Shown: piece by piece, positions 29,918-41,054 of the stretch
How positions within the stretch are numbered: position 1 is the stretch's first letter
Layout: each line of letters begins with the position of its first letter
Source of the DNA: Candidatus Poribacteria bacterium
GTDB lineage: Bacteria; Poribacteria; WGA-4E; PCPOR2b
DNA: 64,000 nt
Assembly: GCA_965116925.1 (NCBI GenBank)
Contig: OZ220744.1
Location: 1,504,001-1,568,000, forward strand
Reading direction: 5' to 3'
Made by a program: the position numbers and the translations under genes
The notes under the pieces: generated by a model
What the model saw: only the letters and a program-made list of their open reading frames with translations
Databases searched by the model: none
What the model was told of the DNA's origin: nothing

Positions 29918-31852
29918 TTACGAAAGATTCTCAACCATCACCGGCTCTATAGTGTCCGCAGGCACAAATCCAAAGACCTGTGCATAAAAATAGAGTTCCG
30001 CTTCAAGTGATCGCTGGATATTCTCGCTGCGGCGGAATCCGTGCTGCTCACCTTCAAATGGGACATAAGCGACAGGCAACCCTTTCGCACGCAACGCCTC
30101 GACCATCATCTCCGCCTGATTGGGGGGAACGACTTTATCTTCGAGACCCTGAAAGAGGATCAAGGGACATGAAAGGTGATCCGTAAAGTGGATTGGTGAG
30201 CGTTCTCGGTAGAGATTCTGTTCTTCAGGATAGGGTCCAATCAAACTATCCAGATAGCGGGATTCAAACTTATGTGTGTCCCTTGTCATCGCCTCAAGGT
30301 CGCTGATTCCGTAGTAGCTGGCACCCGCTTTGAAAACGTCCCGGAAGGTCAGTGCTGAGAGTGTTGTGTAGCCGCCTGCACTTCCGCCTCGAATTGCCAG
30401 TTGATCCGCGTCCACATAGCCGTGTTCGGCGAGGTATCGCGCCCCGTTCACACAATCGTCAACGTCAACAAGACCCCACTGACCGTTGAGCCGCTGGCGA
30501 TAGGCGCGTCCATAGCCGCTGCTGCCGCCGTAGTTCACATCAAGGACAGCAATGCCGCGGCTTGTCCAGTATTGGATCTCTAGGTCGAGTGCGGTTGAAG
30601 TTGCTGAGGTCGGTCCCCCGTGGCTGATGACGAGGAGTGGGGGTAGATCATCGGCAGGTGCGGTGTAGTCACGGTTTTGTGGCGGATAGAAGAAGGCGTG
30701 AGCACTCAATCCACCTTCGGTTGGAAACTCAATTGCTTGGGGCGGTGAGAAGTATCCGGCATCAATTTTTATCTCGCTTGAACGACATACGACCTCGAGT
30801 TGTCTCGTGGCGAGGTCAAGCCGGACAATTGAGGCGGACTCTGTCGATGAACTGGCGTTGAACAGGATTCCGCCGGGGAGCACTTGCAAATTAGAAATTG
30901 ATGTGTAGGGAGTCTCAATCGAATCAAGTCTGCGTGTTACCGTGTCCAAACTTGCTAGATGCCAGACACCATCCTGCGTGTAGGTACAGATAATCTGATT
31001 GACGGAAACGAATTTATAAGTGGACATCCCAAATATCCACTGCGGTCTTCCAAACTCCGCTTCCATTTCGCATAACGGTTCGACGGTTCCATCCTGATAG
31101 CGATAGAGATTCCACCAGTTCGTTCGATCGGAAACGAAGTATAGCGTCCCATCGGGTGACCATTCGGGTTGAAAGATTGATTCATCAACACCACCTGCTA
31201 CACATTCAGTGTGGTTCAGAGATCCGTCGGCACCTATCTCACCGACCCAAAGTTCAGCACCATCCCAAGGCATATTTGGGTGGTTCCAAGTCATCCATGC
31301 CAAACGGGTGCCATCAGGACTCAGGCGAGGTGAAGAATAAAAATCGTTGCCACTGACAAGAACCCGTTGGTCGTCCGTTCCATCCAACGGAATACCCACC
31401 AATGCGTTGGTGGCTTCGCGCTCGGTATCTGTATGGTCTTCGCGTACACAGAGCAGACGGTTCCGTTCGGTATCAATAACACCATCCGCATAACGTAGAT
31501 CCGCTTCGGAGGTAATCGGTTGTGGCTCTGATCCGGTAGACTGGCGGTATAACCGCTGATCCTCAAAGTTTGAAAAGTAGACCGTTCCATCATTGACGAG
31601 GAACGCCGCACCACCGTATTCATGGACTCGCGTCCGCGCGCTGAAAATGGGTGGAGTCACATCGGTCGTTTCTCCGTCCGGGGTCCGTCGAACGATGACA
31701 TAGCGACCGTTCTCGATCGAGCGCATCTCAATCCAATAGATATCTTCTCCATCGGCTACGGCTTCTATTATTCTGCGTCCTTCCGTCGAAATCAGATCTG
31801 CGCTGATTGGGGATTTCCAAGAACCGTAGGGTGCTACCTGTGGTTGCGTCAT
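29918..31852 (-). CDS. S9-family serine peptidase
   Basis: [27 protein letters not shown] and EQHGFR. Confidence 0.93.
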   Translation of the reverse strand: MTQPQVAPYGSWKSPISADLISTEGRRIIEAVADGEDIYWIEMRSIENGRYVIVRRTPDGETTDVTPPIFSARTRVHEYGGAAFLVNDGTVYFSNFEDQRLYRQSTGSEPQPITSEADLRYADGVIDTERNRLLCVREDHTDTEREATNALVGIPLDGTDDQRVLVSGNDFYSSPRLSPDGTRLAWMTWNHPNMPWDGAELWVGEIGADGSLNHTECVAGGVDESIFQPEWSPDGTLYFVSDRTNWWNLYRYQDGTVEPLCEMEAEFGRPQWIFGMSTYKFVSVNQIICTYTQDGVWHLASLDTVTRRLDSIETPYTSISNLQVLPGGILFNASSSTESASIVRLDLATRQLEVVCRSSEIKIDAGYFSPPQAIEFPTEGGLSAHAFFYPPQNRDYTAPADDLPPLLVISHGGPTSATSTALDLEIQYWTSRGIAVLDVNYGGSSGYGRAYRQRLNGQWGLVDVDDCVNGARYLAEHGYVDADQLAIRGGSAGGYTTLSALTFRDVFKAGASYYGISDLEAMTRDTHKFESRYLDSLIGPYPEEQNLYRERSPIHFTDHLSCPLILFQGLEDKVVPPNQAEMMVEALRAKGLPVAYVPFEGEQHGFRRSENIQRSLEAELYFYAQVFGFVPADTIEPVMVENLS

Positions 31853-31890
31853 CGTTGTCTCCTTAGAGCCTTACAGATTTGGTTCAAGTA

Positions 31891-32013
31891 TAGGGTCATT
31901 TAATTCTTCCGTAGCTCGATGTCTTGGTTAACGCAACGGCGGGGCAAGATGCCCCGCCTACGGGTTCGGGTCGTTCCAAAATCAGTCAAAAAGCCTAAAA
32001 CTAAATGACCCTA
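31891..32013. mobile_element. MITE family C copy with 10-bp target duplication
   Basis: TIR TAGGGTCATTTA / TAAATGACCCTA flanked by GGTTCAAGTA on both sides. Confidence 0.9.
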
Positions 32014-32267
32014 GGTTCAAGTAAAATAAAGGATATTATAGCCGATAAATACCACCACGTCTACCCCCAATCCGTGACCATTATCCAGCAGGACTTGAAA
32101 ATCTTCACCCGCCCAACTGTGGTGATAAATAAACACAATTCACAGTTTTTTCGTCCAAGCCCGAAAATTGGCAGATCAATATCAATGATCCCATGGAACG
32201 GCTCAGGCAATGCACCTTACAACGTCGGAAGTCCCCACACCCCGAACGAGTCTTGGAGGAAATAAAA

Positions 32268-32654
32268 ATGACCATCAAGAAAACGCTACAAGAGAAACGG
32301 GCAAAGGTCGAGTTGACAGATGAGATAGTTAGAAATTGTCTATCGAATCCGAACATCTACGATGCGTATAAAACTCTAGCGGATGTCGGAGGTATGAAAA
32401 TCGACGGTGTTAAGGATGCAGCACACCTAGAAGAGATTATCAACAAGGCTAAAGCAGACTTGATTGAAGCACGCTGGGGAGAAATTATCAACAGGCACAG
32501 ATCTGAGGGTATACCGAGTCCTAAAAATGGGAATGATTTGCCAAATGGTAAGCCCCTTCCCACGCTGGGGCAAGTCAAGAGAGCTTATTGGCGTCCGAAG
32601 AAAAAGGATGCCTTCTATTATTGTATACCAGGTCACTATGGGGCCAATCAATGA
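32268..32654 (+). CDS. Hypothetical protein with KDAAHLE module
   Basis: GGAGG RBS; shares a segment with 32856-33860. Confidence 0.55.
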   Translation: MTIKKTLQEKRAKVELTDEIVRNCLSNPNIYDAYKTLADVGGMKIDGVKDAAHLEEIINKAKADLIEARWGEIINRHRSEGIPSPKNGNDLPNGKPLPTLGQVKRAYWRPKKKDAFYYCIPGHYGANQ

Positions 32655-32855
32655 GACTCAAGCTGTTACAAGTGGTGGGGCAGAGGTTCAGTTTTTTATT
32701 ATGTTTTCAGGTTGTCGGCGGGTTTTGGAATGGGTTAGGAGTTACCCATTTCAGTCAGAACTATAGCAATCACCTTGCACATCATATGGGCGAAGGAGAG
32801 GGAAAATGAAACAAATAACACGCATCTTAATTGATACAAAAAGGAGATAATTTCG

Positions 32856-33860
32856 ATGAGCACAATCCACGGTTTGTCGTGCAACGCGGTTACTCTGCCT
32901 CGCAAGTGTTCTTTTTGCGGAAAACAAATTTTTTTATTTGTGTGCGACCACGGATCGGCAGTCTTGTTCGAGAGACTGGGGCCTCCTTGGCCTAAACACA
33001 ACTGTCACGGGGGTCAAGGTAACAGCTGGCGTGACGGTGATTCGATTGAGCTAACACACAATCCGCCGTCAACATCCGAAGAACAATCTTCACCATCAGC
33101 AGAGGTGAAGTTGGATGACAAAATGCTGACTACGTTCTTGTCCAATGCAGAGGTCTTTAACACTTGGAAACGTATAGCAGACGCGGGCGATATGCTTGTT
33201 ATGTATGGCATCAAAGATGCCGCGCACTTGGAAGCGGTCGTGAAGGCACAAGGCAAGGACGTTATCTTACGTGGTAAGATAGCAGCTGTCAAGCAGGGGC
33301 TGCTTGACCTTGGCAAACAAGGCATTGAAGATGTCTTGAATGCCCAGTTTCAAGGTGACGATCGCAAGAATGTTTCTGGTCACATCAGCTTCTTCTTCAA
33401 CGAAGAAGAAGGCGACTGGGGGTTTAGGACGACCGTAAAGCATAGTGATTTACGCAAGAACAGCGGCGGCAACGACAAGGGAAACGGCAAACTGAAAAAT
33501 GAGAATGCTAAGCCCGTCTCTAAAAAAAACCCTTCCAAAAAGAAAGGTATTGAACGTTCTAAGGGCGTGTGGGGACCGCTTGCTCAATCTCATGGAGATT
33601 CAAAAAGGTACGCATATTTCGTGTTGAAGTCGCTGGGTGTTAATCCGGCTAAATGCGACGATGGACGTTCTGCATTGTATCGTCAGGATAACCTGTCTGT
33701 CTTGTTAAACAAAACAGAGGAAACACGGAAAGCCATCAATTTCCGTGAGCTACCTGATGCGGACAAGGATGACGACACGAAAGAGAAACAGGAATGGGTC
33801 GCAGATCTCAATGTTGCGTTAGCAAAGTATGAGAACAAGACCATTGAGAAGTGGCTTTAG
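32856..33860 (+). CDS. Hypothetical protein with N-terminal Cys/His Zn-binding motif and KDAAHLE module
   Basis: AGGAG RBS; CSFCG...CDHG...PWPKHNC. Confidence 0.65.
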   Translation: MSTIHGLSCNAVTLPRKCSFCGKQIFLFVCDHGSAVLFERLGPPWPKHNCHGGQGNSWRDGDSIELTHNPPSTSEEQSSPSAEVKLDDKMLTTFLSNAEVFNTWKRIADAGDMLVMYGIKDAAHLEAVVKAQGKDVILRGKIAAVKQGLLDLGKQGIEDVLNAQFQGDDRKNVSGHISFFFNEEEGDWGFRTTVKHSDLRKNSGGNDKGNGKLKNENAKPVSKKNPSKKKGIERSKGVWGPLAQSHGDSKRYAYFVLKSLGVNPAKCDDGRSALYRQDNLSVLLNKTEETRKAINFRELPDADKDDDTKEKQEWVADLNVALAKYENKTIEKWL

Positions 33861-33916
33861 GAAGAAGTAAGGCGATGCCTCCTATCATTGTATACCAGAC
33901 ATTATGAGGCCAATCA

Positions 33917-34102
33917 ATGAGCATCAAGAAGGATTTACAATCCGGCGAATCGGACAGATTCCTTCGACAAGAAGCAGAACAAGGCAACGAAGACGCTATC
34001 GCCATCTTGGACTGGATAAAGCGTAACCGATGGCTAAAATCACAGCAACACCTACCACCTAAGCCATTTCTACAAGGCAAGAAGCCCCCAATCGAGGTGT
34101 GA
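33917..34102 (+). CDS. Small hypothetical protein
   Basis: N-terminus MSIKKDLQS is identical to that of the 34188 ORF. Confidence 0.4.
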   Translation: MSIKKDLQSGESDRFLRQEAEQGNEDAIAILDWIKRNRWLKSQQHLPPKPFLQGKKPPIEV

Positions 34103-34187
34103 GATGCACACGGGGAAATACCCCCGATAAAGATAATCAGAACTACATCGACCACCTCGCACATCATATCGACGAAGGAGGCAAACC

Positions 34188-34958
34188 TTGAGCATCAAGA
34201 AGGATTTACAATCAGAGGAATGGTACCGCTCCCTGCAAACAGTCCCCGCAGAACTAAAAGCACTTCACCAGTGGGTACTGTTGAAAGAAGAACTACGGAA
34301 CGGAAAACCCACCAAAATTCCATATCAAGTCGATGGCAATCGTGCCAACGCCAACGATCCCAACACATGGACTGACTTTCAAACCGTTTGCAACCACCGC
34401 GACCAGGGATCAGATATCGGCTTCGTGTTCAGCAAAGATGACCCCTACTGCGGAGTCTACATCCACGATTGCCTATATTCAGCAGGGTGGCACGGAGCCT
34501 TCAGTCGATGGGCACAGCCGCTTTGCTACAAATTATGTGCAGTTAGCTATGGAGAGACATCCTCAAGTCACAACGGATCTGTCAAGTTTTGGACCCGTGC
34601 AAAATTGCCCGACTGGATGAACAGAGGGAAAAGGCTGCCCGTAGCAGGTGGGTTTTTTGGACAAGCCGAAATCGAAATATACCACTACGGACGATACTTC
34701 ACCGTAACAGGCAGAAATCAGATAACAGGCGAAGGCACAGGTGAGATTAAGAACGGGCAAGCCGTCATTGATCCGATTGTGGACCTGATAGAGTGGAGAG
34801 CCCGTAAGGATATGGAGGAAGAAACTGATGAAGTATGCGATAAATGTGGAAGTCCAATGGTGATTAAAACCAATCGCGCCGGACGAAAATTCCTCGCGTG
34901 TACAGGGTATCCCCGATGCAAAATGATGCGGTGGGTGGCTAAAAACCAACAGTGTTGA
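34188..34958 (+). CDS. Primase-polymerase-like N-terminal domain fused to a topoisomerase-type C4 Zn ribbon
   Basis: VPAELK...QWV...KPTKIPY...ANDPNTW..F, IGFVF..DDPY, IEIY..GRYFTVTG; C-terminal CDKCGSPMVIK...FLACTGYPRC. Confidence 0.7.
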   Translation: MSIKKDLQSEEWYRSLQTVPAELKALHQWVLLKEELRNGKPTKIPYQVDGNRANANDPNTWTDFQTVCNHRDQGSDIGFVFSKDDPYCGVYIHDCLYSAGWHGAFSRWAQPLCYKLCAVSYGETSSSHNGSVKFWTRAKLPDWMNRGKRLPVAGGFFGQAEIEIYHYGRYFTVTGRNQITGEGTGEIKNGQAVIDPIVDLIEWRARKDMEEETDEVCDKCGSPMVIKTNRAGRKFLACTGYPRCKMMRWVAKNQQC

Positions 34959-35022
34959 AATCGTCGGTGAAGTCGCCAGAAGGACACTGGCGGGCATTCT
35001 AATTCCAGTGAGGCGGCAAGAA

Positions 35023-36132
35023 CTATCCAATCCTTAAGGCGTTAGAAAGTATAGATTTGACTCTTGTGTAAAATGAGTTATCTCGGTTTGATTGCTCGTC
35101 AACTTGCGCTGCTTCATACATACTGAATCCCAAAACAAGTAGAAGAACCGTTGCCTGTGTCACCCATGTTAATTTTGAGGGGACTTGGGCGATTATCTGC
35201 ATCTCCTCGGATCCGGCTTGCAGTAGACCAAAGAGCAATGCCGAAAAGATAACGCCAATCGGATGGAGCCGTCCAAGCAAGGCAACGGCAATGGCGGTAT
35301 AGCCGTATCCCGGCGCGTTCTGATAGAGTCGATGGGGACTCAGTCCCATCAATTCAACGGTGCCTGCCAGTCCTGCCAACCCACCGCTGATTAGCATAGC
35401 GATGATGATGTTTCGAGAGACATTGATGCCAGCGACTCGCGCAGCGACTTGGTTTTGGCCGACCGCGCGTATTTGATAGCCGAGGACAGTGCGAAATAGA
35501 ATCCAGTATAGGATAGCGGCAAGTATAAGTGCAAGGATAATTCCCAAGTGGAATCGATTGTGCGGAACCCACTCTTTCGGCAGTAGACGGGGTAGCACAG
35601 CGTTTGCTGCAATTCTTTCGCTCTGCTGATATGCCCTCGTCCCTTCTTGCAACGGTCCTCCATCTATAGAGTAACGCACTAGCTCAAGTGCAATGAAATT
35701 GAGCATGATTGTGCTGATGACCTCTTGTACACCGCGATAGGCTTTGAGCAGTCCGGCAATTATCCCCCAAAATCCCCCGGCGACAAATCCAAATCCAAGG
35801 ACCAAAGGGATGAAGAGAAATGGCGGCAGGTTGGTAATTGATGTGCCGATCCATGTGGTGACTAGTGTGCCGATGAGGTATTGTCCTTCGGCACCGATGT
35901 TCCACACACCACACCGAAATGCGAACGCTACAGCTAACCCTGTCAGCAATAACGGGCAGGTTTTTACAAATGTCTCCGTCACCTCCCGCATTCCTCCCAA
36001 CGAACCTTGGTACATAGCGACAAATGCCTTTATTGGCTGGTAGCCGCACGCGAGCATAATTAGTGCGTTGATGAGAAGGGCTAGGAAGGTGATGAGGATT
36101 GGCAGAAAGATCTGGGTGGATTTGATACGCAT
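35023..36132 (-). CDS. ABC transporter permease (nucleoside/sugar type)
   Basis: WNIGAEGQY, EVISTIMLNFIA and GYGYTAIAVALLG. Confidence 0.9.
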   Translation of the reverse strand: MRIKSTQIFLPILITFLALLINALIMLACGYQPIKAFVAMYQGSLGGMREVTETFVKTCPLLLTGLAVAFAFRCGVWNIGAEGQYLIGTLVTTWIGTSITNLPPFLFIPLVLGFGFVAGGFWGIIAGLLKAYRGVQEVISTIMLNFIALELVRYSIDGGPLQEGTRAYQQSERIAANAVLPRLLPKEWVPHNRFHLGIILALILAAILYWILFRTVLGYQIRAVGQNQVAARVAGINVSRNIIIAMLISGGLAGLAGTVELMGLSPHRLYQNAPGYGYTAIAVALLGRLHPIGVIFSALLFGLLQAGSEEMQIIAQVPSKLTWVTQATVLLLVLGFSMYEAAQVDEQSNRDNSFYTRVKSILSNALRIG

Positions 36133-36310
36133 TCAAATTACAAAGCGTGAAACGTGAAAACCATTTGGTTCATTCGTTCATTGGTTCATTATAGGGGACG
36201 ATGGGACAATCCAGGGAAGATAATTAGGAAGGAGCGGTGGAAGAGGGAAGAAAGATGTACCTCCAATCTTCCCTCCTTCAAAATTTGAAACGGTGTTCTG
36301 CAAAAGTTAA

Positions 36311-36372
36311 AGGCTCATGTTAAGAAATAGTGCAATAGAAACCGAGTTTTTTCTTCAAAACTCGGTTTCTCG
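36311..36372. repeat. MITE family A partial copy
   Basis: GGCTCATGTTAAG...GAAACCGAGTTTT..AAAACTCGGTTTC. Confidence 0.7.
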
Positions 36373-36391
36373 GTTAAGATGTGGTTACATC

Positions 36392-37438
36392 TCACTCAAC
36401 GACCCACGTATCGCCCTCATTGAGTAGGGCTTCTAAATCGCCTTCTCCCATCCGCTCTTTAGCCGTGTTGATCTGTTCGGTCATCATACCTTCATAGCAA
36501 GGATGTTCGACGCTACGAAAGATACCGATTGGATGGGGTAAGCCCGGAACTTCAGTCATACGACTGAGGAAATATGCCAATGTTCGATCTTCGGCAAATT
36601 GATCGTGGGTAATCAGTTCTTCAGTGTTATGTACACCCTCGGATAAAGAAACAACCTCCGGCTTAAATCCGTTCAAGCAGATCCCCTTGTCACTGTCCTT
36701 TCCAAAGACCAGCGGTTCACCATGCTCCAGAAACACTGTATTCTCAGTCTTCGTTTCCTTTTCGGTATACATAAAGAAAGCACCGTCATTGTATACGTTA
36801 CAGTTCTGATAGATTTCGACGAACGAGGTGCCTTTGTGCTCAAAAGCTGCCTTGATGACATTTCGCAGGTGTTCGGGGTCTCTGTCGAGTGAACGGGCAA
36901 CAAAGGTCGCTCCCGAAGCAAGTGCTAGGCTGATCGGATTGAAGGGATTGTCGATGGATCCCATTGGCGTTGAGTAGGTTTTTTTGCCCTGTTCGGAGGT
37001 CGGGGAATATTGCCCTTTTGTGAGTCCATAGATACGATTGTTGAACAGTAACACATTAATGTCAAGATTACGGCGCATCAGGTGAATGAAATGGTTGCCT
37101 CCGATTGACAGTGCATCGCCATCACCGGTGATTACCCAAACTGATAGGTCGGGGTTAGCGGTTTTTACACCTGCGGCAATGGTTGGTGCCCGACCGTGAA
37201 TGGTATGGAAGCCGTAAGTCTCCATATAATATGGAAAACGGCTTGAACAGCCAATTCCGGAGATAAAGACGAAATCTTCCTTGGGGATGCCGAGGTCCGG
37301 CAAAATCCGTTGGGTTTGGGAAAGAATAGAGTAATCCCCGCACCCTGGGCACCAGCGAACATCTTGATCGGAGGTAAAATCTTTCTTAGTTAACGTCTGG
37401 ACAGCAACTGGTATTGGGTTGGAGGTCCTGTTTTTCAT
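36392..37438 (-). CDS. korB: 2-oxoacid:ferredoxin oxidoreductase beta subunit
   Basis: WCPGCGD, SGIGCSSR, GDGDALSIGGNH and YGLTKGQYSPT. Confidence 0.93.
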   Translation of the reverse strand: MKNRTSNPIPVAVQTLTKKDFTSDQDVRWCPGCGDYSILSQTQRILPDLGIPKEDFVFISGIGCSSRFPYYMETYGFHTIHGRAPTIAAGVKTANPDLSVWVITGDGDALSIGGNHFIHLMRRNLDINVLLFNNRIYGLTKGQYSPTSEQGKKTYSTPMGSIDNPFNPISLALASGATFVARSLDRDPEHLRNVIKAAFEHKGTSFVEIYQNCNVYNDGAFFMYTEKETKTENTVFLEHGEPLVFGKDSDKGICLNGFKPEVVSLSEGVHNTEELITHDQFAEDRTLAYFLSRMTEVPGLPHPIGIFRSVEHPCYEGMMTEQINTAKERMGEGDLEALLNEGDTWVVE

Positions 37439-39273
37439 GCGTCACTCCTTAACAACTCATCAATTTTAGATTCAACTTCAAATACGTGAAACGGTTGTCC
37501 TTGGATCTTATTGAGCCCGACGGCATCTATTAGGTACTCTGCGCGAATCAGTAGGCGCAACTGCCCTAGATTCAGTTCAGGAATGAGTACCCTTTTGAAA
37601 TTCTTCATAATGTCGCCGATTTCTTTGGGAAGGGGATTAAGATAGCGCAGATGTACGTGCGAGACGGATTTGCCTGCTGCCTGTTTATGCTCAACGGCTG
37701 TTCTAACCGCCCCGAAGGTTCCGCCCCAACTCAACACAAGGAGCTCACCGTTTGATTCACCAAATATTTCTATGGGTGGAATGTCGTCCGCGATACGAGC
37801 AACTTTTTTCGCCCTAAGATGGACCATCTGCTCATGGTTGTCAGGATCATAACTGACATTCCCTGAGATGTCTGCTTTCTCCAGACCGCCGATCCGATGT
37901 TCCAGACCGGGGGTGCCCGGTATCGCCCAAGGCCGTGCTAGCGTTGCTTTGTCTCGGAGATAGGGTTCAAATCCATTGGTGTCGGTCGGAAAATCCACAT
38001 CAATCGCCGGCAGATCCGACACCTGCGGAATGAGCCACGGTTCAGCACCGAAGGCAATATAAAGATCTGACATGAAAATCACCGGTGTCATGTATTTGAT
38101 AGCAATTCGGCAGGCTTCATAAACAGTTTCAAAGCAATCGGATGGACGTGAGGCGGCAATCACAGGGAGCGGAGATTCACCGTTTCGTCCATAAAACATT
38201 TGGAGGAGATCCGCCTGTTCGGTTTTTGTCGGCATACCTGTTGAGGGACCGGCTCTCTGAATATTGCATACAACGATTGGCAACTCGGCGATCATAGCGA
38301 GGTTAATCGCTTCTGCTTTGAGGGCAATGCCGGGACCGCTACTGCCAGTGGCACCTAACGCTCCACTGAACGCTGCGCCAATTGCAACCCCCACCGCTGC
38401 AATTTCATCCTCCATCTGCATTGTTTTAACCCCGAAATTTCGATACCTTGCCAATTCGTGGAGGATAGTGCTTGCAGGCGTAATCGGATAACTGCCGTAA
38501 ACCAGCTGTAATCCAGATTTTTGAGAAGCAGCAATCAATCCCAGTGCGGTTGCCATATTCCCCTCGATATTGCGATATTTCCCCGGTGCAAATTTGGCTG
38601 GCTTGATTTCATAAGAGGTCACAAACTGCTCTGTAACTTCGCAATAAATATTGCCAGCTTTCAATGCGAGGGTATTGGCTTCGATGTATTGTGGCTTTGT
38701 AGCAAACTTCTCCTCGAGCCACTGAAACGCATAGTCCATCGGGCGGTTATACATCCAACATACCATCCCAAGCGCGTAAAAGTTCTTGCACCGATCGATC
38801 TCGCGTTGCGTGAGATCCGTATCTTTTAATGCTTCTCTGGTGAGGCGGGTCAGTTCGATCGGGAATATCTGAAACTGTGTCAACGAACCGTCTTCAAGAG
38901 GGTTACTATCATATCCAGCTAGTCTGAGGTTGCGTCGGGCGAAATTATCTGTATCGACGATAAGGATCCCGTTCGGTTTGAGTTTATCAATGTTGACCTT
39001 TAATGCTGCTGGATTCATAGCGACGAGCACATCACAGAGATCACCGGGCGTATGAATCGTCAAACTGGAAAAGCGGAGCTGGAACCCTGAAATTCCAGCC
39101 AACGAGCCGGCAGGGGCACGAATCTCCGCGGGGTAATCTGGCAGCGTCGCAACATCATTCCCTGCGATTGCGGAAGCCTCGGTCATTTGCGTTCCAATGC
39201 TCTGCGCGCCACCGCCAGAATCGCTCGCAAACAGAATCGTCGCCTCCTCTATCGATTGTTTCTGTTTTTTCAT
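37435..39273 (-). CDS. korA: 2-oxoacid:ferredoxin oxidoreductase alpha subunit
   Basis: DYPAEIRAPAG, YPITPAS, EDEIAA and QRAGPSTGMPTKTEQADL. Confidence 0.93.
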   Translation of the reverse strand: MKKQKQSIEEATILFASDSGGGAQSIGTQMTEASAIAGNDVATLPDYPAEIRAPAGSLAGISGFQLRFSSLTIHTPGDLCDVLVAMNPAALKVNIDKLKPNGILIVDTDNFARRNLRLAGYDSNPLEDGSLTQFQIFPIELTRLTREALKDTDLTQREIDRCKNFYALGMVCWMYNRPMDYAFQWLEEKFATKPQYIEANTLALKAGNIYCEVTEQFVTSYEIKPAKFAPGKYRNIEGNMATALGLIAASQKSGLQLVYGSYPITPASTILHELARYRNFGVKTMQMEDEIAAVGVAIGAAFSGALGATGSSGPGIALKAEAINLAMIAELPIVVCNIQRAGPSTGMPTKTEQADLLQMFYGRNGESPLPVIAASRPSDCFETVYEACRIAIKYMTPVIFMSDLYIAFGAEPWLIPQVSDLPAIDVDFPTDTNGFEPYLRDKATLARPWAIPGTPGLEHRIGGLEKADISGNVSYDPDNHEQMVHLRAKKVARIADDIPPIEIFGESNGELLVLSWGGTFGAVRTAVEHKQAAGKSVSHVHLRYLNPLPKEIGDIMKNFKRVLIPELNLGQLRLLIRAEYLIDAVGLNKIQGQPFHVFEVESKIDELLRSDA

Positions 39274-39320
39274 CCATCTATCCTTCTTTCTATTTATACC
39301 TGTCCTCACAAAAGCAGGAC

Positions 39321-39863
39321 TCACGCTCCTTCACGGGCTTGCATCGCGTCGTTATCCGGTTTCGGCGGCAGGGTCAGCACCTCTTGTGGAAAATGTTCGA
39401 CAAGATAAGAGATAATGTGGCGAATTGACACTATGCCAACCGGCTGATTTTGTTCGTTCACGATGGGTATATGGCGGTAACCTCCCTGTGCCATATACAG
39501 TATCGCCGTATCAAGGGAATCTTCTACCTGTGCGGTCTGCGGGTCGGCTTTCATAAATTGTTCAATAGGAATCTGTGTCAAATCGCCTACTGGTTTGTTC
39601 AGGATTTTTAGCAGCACATCCCGTTCACCGAAAATCCCTTTGAGAACGCCATCGGATACAATGAGGATGGCACCAACTTTATTGTCGAGCATTCGATCGA
39701 TTGCCTCTTGTGTACTTGCACCACTGTCAACTGTGACAGGGGGGTGCATCAAAGAGTGCAGCGGCACGTGAATCTCGTGAGGACTCAAGGTTTTAGCTGG
39801 CTCATCTAGAGTTTCCTCATCCATGATAGCCATTTCTTCTTCAACGATTTCTTGGTACAGCAC
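39321..39863 (-). CDS. CBS-domain protein
   Basis: GIFGERDV and GGYRHIPIV. Confidence 0.88.
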   Translation of the reverse strand: MLYQEIVEEEMAIMDEETLDEPAKTLSPHEIHVPLHSLMHPPVTVDSGASTQEAIDRMLDNKVGAILIVSDGVLKGIFGERDVLLKILNKPVGDLTQIPIEQFMKADPQTAQVEDSLDTAILYMAQGGYRHIPIVNEQNQPVGIVSIRHIISYLVEHFPQEVLTLPPKPDNDAMQAREGA

Positions 39864-39866
39864 GGT

Positions 39867-40307
39867 TCATCCCTCCTTACCTCTCTCCAAAAACGCGGCG
39901 ACATAGTTCGCTATGTCCTTGCTTGATATAACACTAGCGGGGTATACACCTTCATCTTCATCGGATTCTCCAACGAGCAACGGAATATGCCGGAAGTGGC
40001 CTAGGTGCATAAGGTTCAGGGCAAATGCCATTGAATCATTGGGGCGCAATGATTCCGGTGATGGAGTCATGATATCATCGACCCGAACTTTATCGGGCTG
40101 TGCCCGCACTTCGGCGATATGAACGAGTAGATCCCGTTCTGTAATGATGCCGGTGAGTTGTTCCTGTTCATCAACGATTAACACACACCCAAATCGTCCT
40201 TTCTGCATCAGGTCGATCACCTCTGAAATAGGTGTGCCCATCGCCACAGTACAGGGTTGATTGAGATTCAGTATGCTAATCGGTAAAGATAGGGTTTGCG
40301 CGTCCAT
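39867..40307 (-). CDS. CBS-domain protein
   Basis: GIITERDL and GHFRHIPL. Confidence 0.88.
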   Translation of the reverse strand: MDAQTLSLPISILNLNQPCTVAMGTPISEVIDLMQKGRFGCVLIVDEQEQLTGIITERDLLVHIAEVRAQPDKVRVDDIMTPSPESLRPNDSMAFALNLMHLGHFRHIPLLVGESDEDEGVYPASVISSKDIANYVAAFLERGKEG

Positions 40308-40632
40308 GGTCTTCTCCTTTCAATCAACGTCTGAATCAATCATGTCTCTTTTGCAAAACTGGTTAGGTGAATCATCGGTAATTGTGTGCAAATGGTAGCA
40401 TACGCCTCGCCATTTTGCAAGTTGAAATGACGCAAGATAGAAATGTGTAAATGAATGATTGGGCACAGGAACATCAACAAGAGGGCAAGTATTTATTATT
40501 ATTTAACGACGAACTTTACTAGGAAGTTTCTAGGTCGTCCACCCATTTTATTTGACACCGTAGATTGAAGCACGCATCATGAGAATTATATCACCACGCT
40601 AATTGACTGTCCAGAATAAAAAGATTTTCGAT

Positions 40633-40760
40633 TAGGGCGTGTTGACATTTTGAAGCTGCTCATTCAGCAAACGCTGTCATCATCAGGCAATCTGCCATAA
40701 GTAGCGCGAACTGTTAGTTTGCAAGCTGGGATCACAATCTAACAGATCGTGGTACAAAAG
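40633..40760. repeat. Repeat family D copy
   Basis: GTGTTGACATTTTGAAGCTGCTCATT...GTAGCGCGAACTGTTAG...CTAACAGATCGTGGTACAAAA; four copies in the window. Confidence 0.85.
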
Positions 40761-41054
40761 GAGATTGTAGGTCGAGATTCATATCTCAACAGAATATCCA
40801 GCGTGGTGTGCAACAAGCCGGGTTGATTGAGCCGAAACTGTCGCGCGATGTGCTAGGGGTGTCGATTTTGGAAAATCGACCTACAGAAGTCCGAAGCTAC
40901 CGGGGGGCGAAAGTGTCTATTTATTTTTAGAATTCACCATAAATGGCCCTATCCTAATCCGCGGGGATCACAGATTAGGAAATCTGTGGCTACGATTGTC
41001 TAATTCCTATGACAGATGCAATTGCCTTAGCAGATTCAGTTTTTCAACTTGGCT

